A stretch of DNA of 64,000 nucleotides from an uncultured Blautia sp. Lineage in GTDB: Bacteria; Bacillota; Clostridia; Lachnospirales; Lachnospiraceae. A program made the translations under genes and the position numbers. The notes under the pieces are model-generated. The model did no database searches and had not been told where the DNA came from. It saw nothing but the letters and a program-made list of their open reading frames with translations. The DNA lies in the NCBI GenBank assembly GCA_900540785.1, contig UQHF01000001.1:12464-76463 (forward strand), written 5' to 3'. Numbering within the stretch: position 1 is the stretch's first letter; every line of letters starts with the position of its first letter. Of this stretch, positions 8,348-18,258 are shown piece by piece.

Positions 8348-9691
8348 TTGCAGAAACAACAAAATTTAACACAGGGAAAACCGGGAAGAACCCTTCTTTT
8401 CTTTGCCCTTCCCATGATTATCGGAAATCTTTTCCAACAGTTTTACAATATGGCGGACTCTATTATTGTAGGACAGTTTGCCGGAGAAAACGCCCTCGCT
8501 GCTGTGGGAGCATCCTACTCCTTCACAACTGTTTTTATTATGATTGCTATAGGAGGCGGAATGGGGGCTTCCGTCCTTACAAGTCAGTACCTCGGAGCAG
8601 GCAGATACGGCAAAATGCGTACCTCTGCCTACACCTTCCTTATTGCTTTCGGCGTAATCAGCGTGATTCTCGCTGTTCTTGGACTTGTATATAATCCTGC
8701 AATTCTTCGTGCTTTAAAAACACCGGAAAATATTATGGACGATGCGCTTTTATATTTGCAGATTTATTTTCTTGGTCTTCCCTTTATGTTTATGTACAAC
8801 ATTTTATCTGCCGACTTTAATGCACTTGGAAAATCAAATATTCCCCTTGTGCTTTTGATTTTCTCTTCCATACTGAATATTGTAATGGATCTTCTGATGG
8901 TGGGAGGTTTTCACATGGGTGTTGCAGGTGCAGCCATTGCAACTGTGATCGCACAGGGAATTTCCGCAGTGCTTTCCCTTATTATTTTCCTCCGTCTGCT
9001 GAAAACATATGAAAATGATGAAAAATACGCTGTTTTCGATAGGAAAATGCTGAAAACCGGAACAAAAATTGCAATTCCTTCGATTGTACAACAGTCCATC
9101 GTAAGTATCGGAATGCTGCTTACCCAGTCTTCCGTCAACTATTTCGGCTCTTCCGCCCTCGCCGGATATTCTGCGGGAAGCCGCCTGGAATCTCTGGGAA
9201 TCGTCCCTATGATCGCAACGGGAAACGCCATGTCTCCCTTTACTGCACAAAATCTTGGTGCAGGAAAAACGGAGCGCGTAAAAGAGGGATACAGAGCTGC
9301 TTACCGGATCATTATTTCTTTCGGAATTGTTCTTGCGCTTGCCTCCCAGCTTCTGTACCGTCCCATTGTCTCTGCTTTTGTAGACCCGGTGCAGTCTCCG
9401 GTTGCCTTTGGGACAGGAACAGCTTATTTCCGGTTTGTGGGAATTTTCTTCTCTTTTTTGGGATTTAAAGCTATCACAGACGGCATTCTCCGTGGTTCCG
9501 GTGATGTAAAAGTATATATGCTGGCAAACCTTATCAATCTTGCCATTCGCGTATCTGTTGCCAGATTTTTATCGCCCGTTCTCGGCATTCAGGTAATCTG
9601 GTATGCCATTCCTCTTGGATGGTTTGTGAATTATCTGATTTCTTTTCTCTGGTATCGAACTGGCAACTGGAAAAAGAAAAAGATTCTGTAA
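8348..9691 (+). CDS. MATE family efflux transporter
   Basis: 447 aa polytopic membrane protein with about 12 transmembrane segments and a typical MATE N-terminus. It starts on TTG, with a GAGGTGA ribosome-binding site. Confidence 0.8.
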   Translation: MQKQQNLTQGKPGRTLLFFALPMIIGNLFQQFYNMADSIIVGQFAGENALAAVGASYSFTTVFIMIAIGGGMGASVLTSQYLGAGRYGKMRTSAYTFLIAFGVISVILAVLGLVYNPAILRALKTPENIMDDALLYLQIYFLGLPFMFMYNILSADFNALGKSNIPLVLLIFSSILNIVMDLLMVGGFHMGVAGAAIATVIAQGISAVLSLIIFLRLLKTYENDEKYAVFDRKMLKTGTKIAIPSIVQQSIVSIGMLLTQSSVNYFGSSALAGYSAGSRLESLGIVPMIATGNAMSPFTAQNLGAGKTERVKEGYRAAYRIIISFGIVLALASQLLYRPIVSAFVDPVQSPVAFGTGTAYFRFVGIFFSFLGFKAITDGILRGSGDVKVYMLANLINLAIRVSVARFLSPVLGIQVIWYAIPLGWFVNYLISFLWYRTGNWKKKKIL

Positions 9692-9698
9692 AAAAATA

Positions 9699-9727
9699 TT
9701 TACAAGTAGTATTCAAAACTATATAAT
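9699..9727 (+). promoter_or_regulatory. Sigma-A promoter TTTACA-17-TATAAT upstream of the DUF1836 gene
   Basis: Hexamers and a 17 bp spacer, read directly from the sequence. Confidence 0.5.
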
Positions 9728-9747
9728 AGGGGTTAGAGGTGATTTAC

Positions 9748-10365
9748 ATGACGATTGACACAAAGAACATGATCAACAGCATTCTGGAAAGCATATCCCG
9801 GATAGACTATGTCAAACCGGAAGATTTACCAAATATTGACCTTTATATGGATCAGGTAACAACTTTTATGGAGGAACAGCTTGCTTCCACAAAACGTTAT
9901 CCAGATGATAAAATTCTTACCAAGACTATGATCAATAATTACGCCAAGAATAAACTTCTTCCCTCCCCTGAGAAAAAGCGTTATTCCAAAGAACATCTGC
10001 TGATGCTGATTTTTATTTACTATTTTAAAAATATCCTGTCCATCAGCGACATTCAGGCGCTTCTGTCCCCTATTACAGAAAAATATTTCAAGTCAGACAC
10101 AGATAAGGATCTGACCTATATTTACAATGAAGTATTCAGCATGGAAAAAAGCCAGATTGAATATCTGAAAAAAGATCTTCTGAAACGCTACAATGTAGCC
10201 CAGGAAACTTTTGAGGACGCAGATTCCGAAGATAAGGAATTTCTGAAAAAATTCTCTTTTATCTGCCTTTTAAGTTTTGATGTGTACGTAAAGAAAATGC
10301 TGATCGAGCGGCTGATCGACGGTCTGGGAGAAGACGGGGACAAAAAAGAAAAACATAAAAAATAA
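9748..10365 (+). CDS. DUF1836 domain protein
   Basis: About 205 aa. It has the LPNIDLYMDQVTTFMEE motif characteristic of DUF1836. A GAGGTGA ribosome-binding site sits 5 nt before the ATG at 9748. Confidence 0.55.
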   Translation: MTIDTKNMINSILESISRIDYVKPEDLPNIDLYMDQVTTFMEEQLASTKRYPDDKILTKTMINNYAKNKLLPSPEKKRYSKEHLLMLIFIYYFKNILSISDIQALLSPITEKYFKSDTDKDLTYIYNEVFSMEKSQIEYLKKDLLKRYNVAQETFEDADSEDKEFLKKFSFICLLSFDVYVKKMLIERLIDGLGEDGDKKEKHKK

Positions 10366-10378
10366 CTCAAAAAGAAGA

Positions 10379-10410
10379 AGGAACAATCAAATTTCGGATT
10401 GTTCCTTTTC
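10379..10410. terminator. Bidirectional rho-independent terminator AGGAACAATC-aaatttcg-GATTGTTCCTTTT
   Basis: Perfect 10 bp stem flanked by A-runs and T-runs. It lies between the convergent DUF1836 and yerC genes. Confidence 0.7.
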
Positions 10411-10419
10411 CATTTGTAT

Positions 10420-10737
10420 TTATTTATTCTCTTCGTCTTCTTTATTCTCCGCCATTCTCTCAAATACCATCTCATATCCGTCGTTTCCGTAATTCAGGGA
10501 ACGGTTCACACGGCTTATGGTAGCTGTGGAAGCGCCTGTTTTTTCAGAAATATCAAGATATGTGCATTTGTCCATCAGCATCTTTGCAACCTCGAAACGC
10601 TGTGATAAAGAGAGAAGCTCATTTATAGTACAAACATCTTCGAAAAAAGTGTAGCATTCTTCTTTATTTTTCAGACACAGAATCGCTTCAAATAGGTGGT
10701 CTACGGCTTCAGTTCTGATTTTTTTACTCATATTCAT
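10420..10737 (-). CDS. yerC: YerC/YecD family TrpR-like DNA-binding protein
   Basis: 105 aa. It has conserved segments LCLKNKEECYTFFEDVCTINELLSLSQRFEVAKML and ISEKTGASTATISRVNRSL. Confidence 0.75.
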   Translation of the reverse strand: MNMSKKIRTEAVDHLFEAILCLKNKEECYTFFEDVCTINELLSLSQRFEVAKMLMDKCTYLDISEKTGASTATISRVNRSLNYGNDGYEMVFERMAENKEDEENK

Positions 10738-10837
10738 ACTCCTTTGAAATAATATCCAATTAATATATCATTATTTTAACACGTTAAAACATGATAGGCA
10801 AGTGTTTTTCAAAAAAGAACAGGAATTTACAGAACTT

Positions 10838-11560
10838 TTATATTTCCACGTTTACATGTCCCTTCAGAGCTTCCACGCTTCTATTCAGAACAAGCTCTTC
10901 CGGAAAATCTGCCTCCTCCAGAAGTTTCTCTGCCATAGAAAATTCACCGATGAGCGTATCAAAATGTGCATCGCTTCCCATGATAACCGGAACGGAATAC
11001 TCCTTACAAAGCTCCAGCATTTTTAAATCGTTTTCTCTTGCGTCTCTCCTGAAGCATTTCGGGTCCAGAGAATGGTTGTTAAGCTCCAGAACCTTCCCCT
11101 TCTCCTTTGCACCTTCCACAAGCGCACGGTAATCTACCGGATACCTTCCGTCATCCGGGTGTCCGATGATATTCACGTATGGATTCTCCATTACGTTTAA
11201 ATATGCCATTGTATTTTCCCTGATACTTCCCGGCTTAATGCACGGTGTATGAAGACTTGCGATAATCACATCCATGCCTTTTAAATCCCGTTCTTCCAGG
11301 TCAATATTTCCTTCAAAGTCCATAATATTGACTTCCGACCCCAGAAGAAGGCGGATACCGTAAAGCTCTCTTGGAACTGTTTTTAAATTATGGAAATAAA
11401 AGCTGTGACATGTCCCCGGCATCTTTGGGGCATGTTCTGTAATTCCGAGAACAGAAAGACCTTTTTCTGATGCTGCTTTCGCCATTTCTCTTAATGTATT
11501 ATAAGCGTGTCCACTTGCAATCGTGTGTGTATGTAAATCAAGAACGTATTCGTAACTCAT
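10838..11560 (-). CDS. PHP-domain phosphoesterase (YcdX-like metal-dependent phosphatase)
   Basis: 240 aa. N-terminal LDLHTHTIASGHAY with further His and Asp ligands (EHAP, HPDD, GSDAH). Confidence 0.7.
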   Translation of the reverse strand: MSYEYVLDLHTHTIASGHAYNTLREMAKAASEKGLSVLGITEHAPKMPGTCHSFYFHNLKTVPRELYGIRLLLGSEVNIMDFEGNIDLEERDLKGMDVIIASLHTPCIKPGSIRENTMAYLNVMENPYVNIIGHPDDGRYPVDYRALVEGAKEKGKVLELNNHSLDPKCFRRDARENDLKMLELCKEYSVPVIMGSDAHFDTLIGEFSMAEKLLEEADFPEELVLNRSVEALKGHVNVEI

Positions 11561-11641
11561 AATTTTTCATTTCCTTTCCGGAGAAATCCCCTTTGTTATC
11601 AAAATGATTATACGATGTTTCCCCGCGATTGTACAGGAATT

Positions 11642-12109
11642 TTACAGAACCTTATTTTGCAGATAACACTCCAGAAGATACGAAGGATTTTCATAATACA
11701 TACTGCTGTTATAATCGTCTATTTTGGGGCTGATAAACGAATTATACACCTTAATCAAAGTATCTATTATTTCCTCTCCTTTTTCACGGGAAACCTGTTT
11801 AATCAGGCGCTTATATACTTTCCCTATATCCCAGTGAGAGGGAATTGAATACCCGCATTCTCCCACATTGTCAAAATTTCCCTTTGTGATTTTGCATTCT
11901 TCGATAAAATCATCACTTACCCTGTCTATATTATCGCTGTGATATACGTCCGCAAGGTCATAAATTTTCTCAAGCCTCTTTTTCCCAAGAGCATTTACAA
12001 CATCTGCTCTTGTATTTTTTGTTTTTCTCCCAATATAATCAATCAGGCTGCATGTAAAAAACAGATCATTGTCTTTTCTGCTCTCTCTGCCTGTAGACTG
12101 CTCCATCAT
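11642..12109 (-). CDS. Conserved hypothetical protein, probably DUF3791-like partner of the DUF3990 protein
   Basis: 155 aa. Its central segment LIDYIGRKTKNTRADVVNALGKKRLEKIYDLADVYHSDNIDRVSDDFIEE resembles the DUF3791 signature. The 4-nt ATGA overlap with the upstream gene points to translational coupling. Confidence 0.4.
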   Translation of the reverse strand: MMEQSTGRESRKDNDLFFTCSLIDYIGRKTKNTRADVVNALGKKRLEKIYDLADVYHSDNIDRVSDDFIEECKITKGNFDNVGECGYSIPSHWDIGKVYKRLIKQVSREKGEEIIDTLIKVYNSFISPKIDDYNSSMYYENPSYLLECYLQNKVL

Positions 12110-12567
12110 CTCACCTCCTCATACCCTCTGTATTCCAGACATTTTAATGCTTCTTTCGTACAGAAATTTATCTGGTGAGTTGGATACTTAAACTTCGCCA
12201 ACACCCAGAACTGTTCTCTTGTAATAGCCCCGTCCACATAATCAGAAATATAGTTATAAATCTGATCATTCGCCATAGCACCTATCACAATATCATAATC
12301 GTGTTCTTCCCCACTTCTGCAGGCTATAATAAAATCCAGCCATTCATCTGTCATATCTTTAAAATCTTTTATTTTTAAATCCGAATTCAGTCGTACATCA
12401 TAAACAGACACAATTTTTGTTTCATATCTCTTTGCCCATCTCTGCGCCTGCTCTTTTATCACGGTGCAATAAAATCCCGTACCAAAATCTTTCGTATTTC
12501 TTCCCTTTCTGATTTCCGGATGCTCCACAGGAACGTATCCTCCGTGGTATACCGTCATTTTCCCCAT
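12106..12567 (-). CDS. DUF3990 domain protein
   Basis: 153 aa with N-terminal TVYHGGYVPVEHPEIRKGRNTKDFGTGFYCT, typical of DUF3990. It forms a bicistron with the downstream DUF3791-like gene. Confidence 0.55.
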   Translation of the reverse strand: MGKMTVYHGGYVPVEHPEIRKGRNTKDFGTGFYCTVIKEQAQRWAKRYETKIVSVYDVRLNSDLKIKDFKDMTDEWLDFIIACRSGEEHDYDIVIGAMANDQIYNYISDYVDGAITREQFWVLAKFKYPTHQINFCTKEALKCLEYRGYEEVR

Positions 12568-12739
12568 GTTTCCCGCCCCTTTCTATATCTCCGCTTATTT
12601 TATCATATCCTTTCCCTGCTGACAAATGCTGAAAATCTGCTCCCCACAATCCTGTATTTTCAGTTTGCTTTTTTCTTCCATATTCGGTATACTTAAAAGT
12701 AATCTGTTAAGAAATTTCACACAAAAGGAGCTACAACTT

Positions 12740-13486
12740 ATGAATCGCATTTTCAATATGGATAATAAGTTCTTCACCTTTATGGGAAGAATCGCAGACC
12801 TTATTATCCTGAATCTCTTATGTATTGTCTGCTGTATTCCAATCGTAACCATCGGTCCTGCCATCACTGCCATGTTTTACGTGACTATGAAAATGGTACG
12901 CAATGAAGAAGCCTACATCGTAAAAGGATTCTTCCATTCATTCAAAGAAAACTTAAGACAGGGTATCATCATCAATATCATTGTGCTGGCAGCCTTTATT
13001 ATGCTGTCCCTTGATATTTCTCTTGTACGCGCTATGGAAGGTACAATGTACAAGGTACTTTTCTACATATTCCTGGTTCTTCTGTTCCTGAGTATGCTGG
13101 TTTACTTATATATTTACCCTGTGCTTGCCAAGTTCTACAATACCATCAAGCGTACTTTTATAAATGCTTTTCTGATGTCTGTCCGTCATCTTCCATACAG
13201 CATTTTAATGATCGTGATAAGCCTTGTACCGTTTGCTATTCTCTTTATTCCAAGCTTCCGGGTACAGTCTTTCCTGATCATGCTTTTCATCTTAATGGGA
13301 GGAGCAACCATTGCATACATCAATTCCTGCTTCCTTGTAAAAATCTTTGACAAATATATTCCGGAAGAAGAAAAGGAAGATGCCGAAGACGGCGAATGGC
13401 ATATGGAAGAAGAAGCCGAAGAGACCGATCAGGAAACTGAGGAAGCACCAAAAGAACTTCCTCATACAGAGGACGCTTCTTTATGA
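12740..13486 (+). CDS. YesL/DUF624 family membrane protein with an acidic C-terminal tail
   Basis: It begins MNRIFNMDNKFFTFMGRIADLIILNLLCIVCCIPIVTIGPAITAMFYV, with an AAAGGAG ribosome-binding site at 12725. The longer printed ORF starting at 12626 is unlikely to be real. Confidence 0.65.
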   Translation: MNRIFNMDNKFFTFMGRIADLIILNLLCIVCCIPIVTIGPAITAMFYVTMKMVRNEEAYIVKGFFHSFKENLRQGIIINIIVLAAFIMLSLDISLVRAMEGTMYKVLFYIFLVLLFLSMLVYLYIYPVLAKFYNTIKRTFINAFLMSVRHLPYSILMIVISLVPFAILFIPSFRVQSFLIMLFILMGGATIAYINSCFLVKIFDKYIPEEEKEDAEDGEWHMEEEAEETDQETEEAPKELPHTEDASL

Positions 13487-14409
13487 TAAGAAACTGGAAC
13501 GGAAAACCGTATCACTCTCTCGACTATATGCTGAAAGAGCGTTTTGGAGAAAAGGTTTATAAAGTCACCTTAAACGGCGGTATGTCCTGCCCAAATCGCG
13601 ATGGAAAAGTGGGAACCGGCGGCTGTATTTTCTGCAGCGCAGGGGGAAGCGGCGATTTCGCAGCCTCTTCTTCTCTTTCCATAACGGAGCAGATTGAAAG
13701 CCAGATCGCCATGATTTCCGAAAAACGTCCCATTCGAAAATACATCGCCTATTTTCAGGCGTATACAAACACCTACGCTCCCGTAGAATATCTGGAGAAA
13801 ATTTTCACAGAAGCAATTTCCCACCCGGATATTCTGGGGCTTTCCATTGGAACAAGACCGGACTGTCTGGGAGATGAAATTGTTGCTCTTCTCTCACGTT
13901 TAAACAGGCAGAAACCGGTCTGGGTGGAACTTGGTCTCCAGACCATGCACCAGGATACGGCTCTGTATATACGAAGAGGATACCCGCTCTCTGTTTTTGA
14001 AGAAGCTGTTTATGCACTTCGTAAAGAAAATATCGAGGTCATTGTCCACACAATCCTGGGACTTCCCGGGGAAAACCACGAGAAAGTTTTATCCACTATG
14101 GATTACTTAAATACAATGGATATTCAAGGCATCAAGCTTCAGCTTCTCCACGTTCTGAAAGGAACAGACCTTGCAGCAGATTATGAAAAAGGACTGTTTT
14201 CCGTTCTGGAACGTGAAGAATACCTTGATCTTGTCATCGACTGTCTGGAGCACTTAAATCCCGATATTGTCATTCACCGTGTAACGGGCGACGGTCCAAA
14301 AGAACTTCTCCTTGCCCCTTTATGGGCGTCAAGAAAACGGGAAGTTTTAAATCTTCTTCATCACCGAATGAAGGAGCGCGGCAGTTTTCAGGGAAAGGAA
14401 TTTTTTTAA
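13483..14409 (+). CDS. TIGR01212 family radical SAM protein
   Basis: 308 aa. It has CPNRDGKVGTGGCIFCS and the downstream elements typical of the YhcC/TIGR01212 group. It overlaps the yesL stop by 4 nt. Confidence 0.8.
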   Translation: MIRNWNGKPYHSLDYMLKERFGEKVYKVTLNGGMSCPNRDGKVGTGGCIFCSAGGSGDFAASSSLSITEQIESQIAMISEKRPIRKYIAYFQAYTNTYAPVEYLEKIFTEAISHPDILGLSIGTRPDCLGDEIVALLSRLNRQKPVWVELGLQTMHQDTALYIRRGYPLSVFEEAVYALRKENIEVIVHTILGLPGENHEKVLSTMDYLNTMDIQGIKLQLLHVLKGTDLAADYEKGLFSVLEREEYLDLVIDCLEHLNPDIVIHRVTGDGPKELLLAPLWASRKREVLNLLHHRMKERGSFQGKEFF

Positions 14410-14422
14410 GGAGGATATAATA

Positions 14423-14935
14423 TTGGCAACACCATTTACCACCTACAAATTAATTGTATTGTATATGCTGAAACACGCAGAATCCTCTCTTACAAATTCC
14501 CAGATTTCAGAATTTATTCTGGAACGGGAATACACAAATTATTTTCATCTTCAGGAGGCTGTTTCAGAGCTTGTGGAGGCGGAATTAATTGAAAAACACA
14601 CCATTTCCAATACTTCTTACTATTATCTCACAGAAGATGGAAAAAACACGCTCTCCTATTTTGAAAAAGAGCTTTCTGCTGACATCAGAAAAGAAGTAAA
14701 GGAATACTTAAAATCAGCAGGCTGCGAAATGCAGCAGCGCATTTTAACGCCGGCAGATTATTATACAAACAGCCAGGGAAGCTATGCGGTAAACTGCAGG
14801 ATCATCGAGCGGAACGCAAGCCTTCTTGATATTAATCTGGTCGCCCCGAATCTTGAGGCTGCAAAATCCATGTGTAAGAACTGGCCGGATAAATCCCGTG
14901 AAATCTACGCAAAAATAATGGAGGAGCTTTTATAG
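14423..14935 (+). CDS. DUF4364 family protein
   Basis: 170 aa. It has TTYKLIVLYMLKHAESSLTNSQISEFILEREYTNYFHLQEA, typical of DUF4364. Confidence 0.6.
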   Translation: MATPFTTYKLIVLYMLKHAESSLTNSQISEFILEREYTNYFHLQEAVSELVEAELIEKHTISNTSYYYLTEDGKNTLSYFEKELSADIRKEVKEYLKSAGCEMQQRILTPADYYTNSQGSYAVNCRIIERNASLLDINLVAPNLEAAKSMCKNWPDKSREIYAKIMEELL

Positions 14936-16252
14936 CTCCTCCCCTTTTATTTTCTTCATATGCTCTTTTATCACTCTTTCATATCCCAGATCACCCGGCT
15001 CATAAAACCGTTCTCCCAGAATTTCAGAGGGAAGATACTGCTGCTTCACATAATGATTGGGGTAATCATGGGCGTACTGATAGCCTACGCCGTGTCCCAG
15101 CTTATCGTGTCCGCCATAGTGTGCGTCCTGAAGGTGTGCAGGTACGGTTGTCTTTGTCTTTTTCACAGAATTCATAGCTGCAAAGATGGCGTTTACAGCA
15201 GAATTGCTTTTTGGCGCACACGCCATATACGTAACTGCCTGCGAGAGAATGATCTGCGATTCCGGCATTCCCACACGCTCCACTGCCTGAGCTGCCGCCA
15301 CTGCCACCTGAAGCGCCTGCGGGTCTGCATTTCCTATATCTTCTGAGGCAAGGATCATAATCCTTCTTGCAATAAACTTTACATCTTCCCCTGCATACAG
15401 CATTTTTGCAAGATAATAGACGGCTGCGTCCGGATCGGAACCGCGCATACTTTTAATAAATGCAGAAATAATATCATAGTGGTTATCTCCATTTTTATCG
15501 TATCGGACCACGCGCTTCTGAATGCACTCTTCTGCAACAGAAAGAGTGAGATGGATTTTCCCGTCCTCTGCTCTGGGCGTAGTAAGAACTGCAAGCTCCA
15601 CCGCATTTAAAGCGCATCTTGCATCTCCTCCTGCCATATCTGCAAGAAAATCAAGCGCCTCCTCTTCTATTACTGCTTCGTAGCTTCCCATTCCTTTTTC
15701 TTTGTCATTTACAGCCCGCAGGATCAGCATTTTAATATCTTCTTTTCCAAGAGATTTCAGTTCAAAAATAACAGAACGGGAAAGGAGAGCCCCGTTTACC
15801 TCAAAATACGGATTCTCGGTCGTTGCACCGATTAAAATAAGAGTTCCGTCTTCCACAAAAGGAAGAAGATAATCCTGCTGCCCTTTATTAAATCTGTGGA
15901 TCTCATCAATAAAAAGTATGGTTTTTCTGCCGTACATTCCGAGAGTTTCCTTTGCCTGCTTCACAACCTCTTCCATATCTTTTTTCCCGGCTACTGTGGC
16001 ATTGATCTGGGTAAAGCTGGCGCTTGTTGTATTTGCAATGACTTTTGCAAGCGTTGTTTTTCCTGTTCCCGGCGGTCCGTAAAAAATAACAGAAGTAAGC
16101 TTATCTGCCTTAATGGCGCGGTACAAAAGCTTATCCTTCCCTACGATATGCTGCTGTCCCACCACTTCCTCCAGCGTTTTGGGGCGCAGTCTGGAAGCAA
16201 GCGGCGACTCTCTGTCGAGTGTTTTTGATTTTGCATATTCAAATAAATCCAT
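14930..16252 (-). CDS. rarA: Replication-associated recombination protein A (AAA+ ATPase RarA/MgsA)
   Basis: Walker A GPPGTGKTT, sensor motifs and a MgsA C-terminal domain. The start is set at MDLFEY, which has a GGAGA ribosome-binding site, rather than at the upstream ATG. Confidence 0.85.
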   Translation of the reverse strand: MDLFEYAKSKTLDRESPLASRLRPKTLEEVVGQQHIVGKDKLLYRAIKADKLTSVIFYGPPGTGKTTLAKVIANTTSASFTQINATVAGKKDMEEVVKQAKETLGMYGRKTILFIDEIHRFNKGQQDYLLPFVEDGTLILIGATTENPYFEVNGALLSRSVIFELKSLGKEDIKMLILRAVNDKEKGMGSYEAVIEEEALDFLADMAGGDARCALNAVELAVLTTPRAEDGKIHLTLSVAEECIQKRVVRYDKNGDNHYDIISAFIKSMRGSDPDAAVYYLAKMLYAGEDVKFIARRIMILASEDIGNADPQALQVAVAAAQAVERVGMPESQIILSQAVTYMACAPKSNSAVNAIFAAMNSVKKTKTTVPAHLQDAHYGGHDKLGHGVGYQYAHDYPNHYVKQQYLPSEILGERFYEPGDLGYERVIKEHMKKIKGEEL

Positions 16253-16304
16253 ATGTATTTCTCCATTTCGCACTGTATATTTCCGTACATCTGTTCTTAT
16301 TATA

Positions 16305-17024
16305 CTACAGGATCAAAAGCCGGTCAACTGTCACAAACTCATATCCTTCCGCACCCAGTCTGTCGATAATTTCAAAAGCAGCCTCCACAGACGTCTCGTA
16401 CCCGTCGTGCATAAGAATAATAGAATCTTCATGTACCTGTCTGTCCACGATCCGCAAAACCTGTGATACGTTTTTGCTCTTCCAGTCAAGGGTATCTACA
16501 TCCCAGAAAACAGGAAACATGGGAACAGAAAGCTCCAGCTCTTTTTTCCACTCTCCGAATGGCGGTCTGATAAAAACAGGATATTCTCCTGTGATCTCAT
16601 ATATTTTGTTGCTTGTTTTTTCAATCTCCTCTTTTGCCTGTCGATCAGAAATCTGATTCAGACATACATGATTGTAGGTGTGATTTCCGATGAGATGTCC
16701 TTCTTCCTGTATCCTCTGAACCAGCTCTTCATTTCCCTCTATGTTTTTTCCCATTAGAAAAAAAGACGCAAGTATGTTTCTTTCTTTCAATCCATCAAGG
16801 AGCTTTGGCGTATATTCTCTGCTTGGCCCATCGTCAAAAGTAAGCGCCACTTTTGGCGGTTCCTCTTCTTCTGTCTCTTGCGAAGATACAGGCTGAACCG
16901 ATTTTTTACCGGAATACCAGCATAAAAAGCAAAAACATATCCCCAGAATCAAAATTCCTGAGATACACACTCTTCTTTTCATATCAGAAAACGCTCCCAT
17001 AGCAAAAAATGCCGCATTCATCAC
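16305..17024 (-). CDS. Polysaccharide deacetylase (NodB homology domain), secreted or membrane-anchored
   Basis: It has TFDDGP, HTYNH and an N-terminal hydrophobic segment. The exact start is uncertain (GTG or ATG within the first 15 codons). Confidence 0.75.
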   Translation of the reverse strand: MMNAAFFAMGAFSDMKRRVCISGILILGICFCFLCWYSGKKSVQPVSSQETEEEEPPKVALTFDDGPSREYTPKLLDGLKERNILASFFLMGKNIEGNEELVQRIQEEGHLIGNHTYNHVCLNQISDRQAKEEIEKTSNKIYEITGEYPVFIRPPFGEWKKELELSVPMFPVFWDVDTLDWKSKNVSQVLRIVDRQVHEDSIILMHDGYETSVEAAFEIIDRLGAEGYEFVTVDRLLIL

Positions 17025-17090
17025 TTCCAGTATATGTACCGGAGATATGATAAATGCAGCATCTCTATTTTCACATAATGCTATATCAGA

Positions 17091-17447
17091 TTAAGCGATT
17101 GCTTTTTTTGCGATTTCTGCAAGAGCTGTGAAACCAGCAACATCATTTACAGCCATCTCTGCAAGCATCTTTCTGTTGATGTCGATGTTTGCAACTTTAA
17201 GGCCGTGCATCATTTTGCTGTAGGATAATCCGTTCATTCTTGCAGCAGCGTTGATACGTGCGATCCAGAGCTGTCTGAACTGACGTTTTTTCTGCTTTCT
17301 TCCTGCGTAGGAGCTTGCAAGCGCTCTCATTACAGACTGTTTTGCAATTCTATACTGTTTGGAACGGGCTCCTCTGTAGCCCTTTGCCAGTTTTAATGTA
17401 CGGTTGTGTCTTTTCTTTGCGTTTAATCCGCCTTTAATTCTTGCCAT
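17091..17447 (-). CDS. rplT: 50S ribosomal protein L20
   Basis: 118 aa with MARIKGG...[15 protein letters not shown]. Confidence 0.95.
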   Translation of the reverse strand: MARIKGGLNAKKRHNRTLKLAKGYRGARSKQYRIAKQSVMRALASSYAGRKQKKRQFRQLWIARINAAARMNGLSYSKMMHGLKVANIDINRKMLAEMAVNDVAGFTALAEIAKKAIA

Positions 17448-17482
17448 TTCCTAATTTCCTCCTGTTCGTCTTCTTCTATATC

Positions 17483-17680
17483 TTATAAATATGGTAATGC
17501 TTTCTTCATGCTCTTAACATTTGTAGAATCAACAACAGCAGATTTTCTTAAATTTCTCTTTCTCTTCTGAGATTTTTTTGTTAAGATATGGCTCTTATAA
17601 GCTTTATTTCTCACTAATTTTCCTGTACCTGTTTTTTTGAAGCGCTTTGCTGCTGCTCTACAAGTTTTAATTTTTGGCAT
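17483..17680 (-). CDS. rpmI: 50S ribosomal protein L35
   Basis: 65 aa beginning [21 protein letters not shown]. Confidence 0.95.
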   Translation of the reverse strand: MPKIKTCRAAAKRFKKTGTGKLVRNKAYKSHILTKKSQKRKRNLRKSAVVDSTNVKSMKKALPYL

Positions 17681-17763
17681 TGTTATTTCCTCCTTGATTT
17701 GTGTACTTCTTTATTCATGCTATATCCTGTCACACGCTGTATGACATGGCTGTAACATTTATG

Positions 17764-18258
17764 TTAGCGTTTTTCACTTAAAAACATTGTCATGCTGCGG
17801 CCTTCCACCTTGGGCGCCTTCTCAACTGTTGCAATATCAGACAGATGCTCTGCAAAATCGTCCAGAACATGCTTGCTGCTTGCCATGTGTGCCATCTCTC
17901 TTCCGCGGAAACGGAGAGTTACCTTCACTCTGTCTCCTTTTGTGAGGAACTTTCTAGCCGCATTTACCTTTGTCATCAAGTCATTTGTATCAATGTTCGG
18001 GGAAAGACGCACTTCTTTGACATCGATGGTTTTCTGCTTTTTCTTGGCTTCTTTTTCTTTTCTTGCAAGCTCGTAACGGTATTTTCCGTAGTCAATGATC
18101 TTGCATACCGGCGGTTTTGCCTGAGGAGCGATTTTTACTAAATCAAGTCCTGCCTCCTGTGCTTTAAACATGGCTTCCTTCGCGGACATGATTCCGAGCT
18201 GTGCTCCGTCCGGGCCAATTAAACGTACCTCTTTGTCTCTGATCTGTTCGTTAATCAT
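17764..18258 (-). CDS. infC: Translation initiation factor IF-3
   Basis: It has EVRLIGPDG...VCKIIDYGKYRYE...VKEVRLSPNID. The printed ORF extends further upstream, so the real start may be a non-ATG codon close to MINEQIRDKEV. Confidence 0.85.
   Translation of the reverse strand: MINEQIRDKEVRLIGPDGAQLGIMSAKEAMFKAQEAGLDLVKIAPQAKPPVCKIIDYGKYRYELARKEKEAKKKQKTIDVKEVRLSPNIDTNDLMTKVNAARKFLTKGDRVKVTLRFRGREMAHMASSKHVLDDFAEHLSDIATVEKAPKVEGRSMTMFLSEKR

Noticed and set aside
12626-12739. Extended N-terminus of the YesL-family ORF (MLKICSPQSCIFSLL...)
   Set aside because: It has no ribosome-binding site and runs through the divergent promoter region. A strong AAAGGAG ribosome-binding site precedes the internal ATG at 12740, which matches the family N-terminus.
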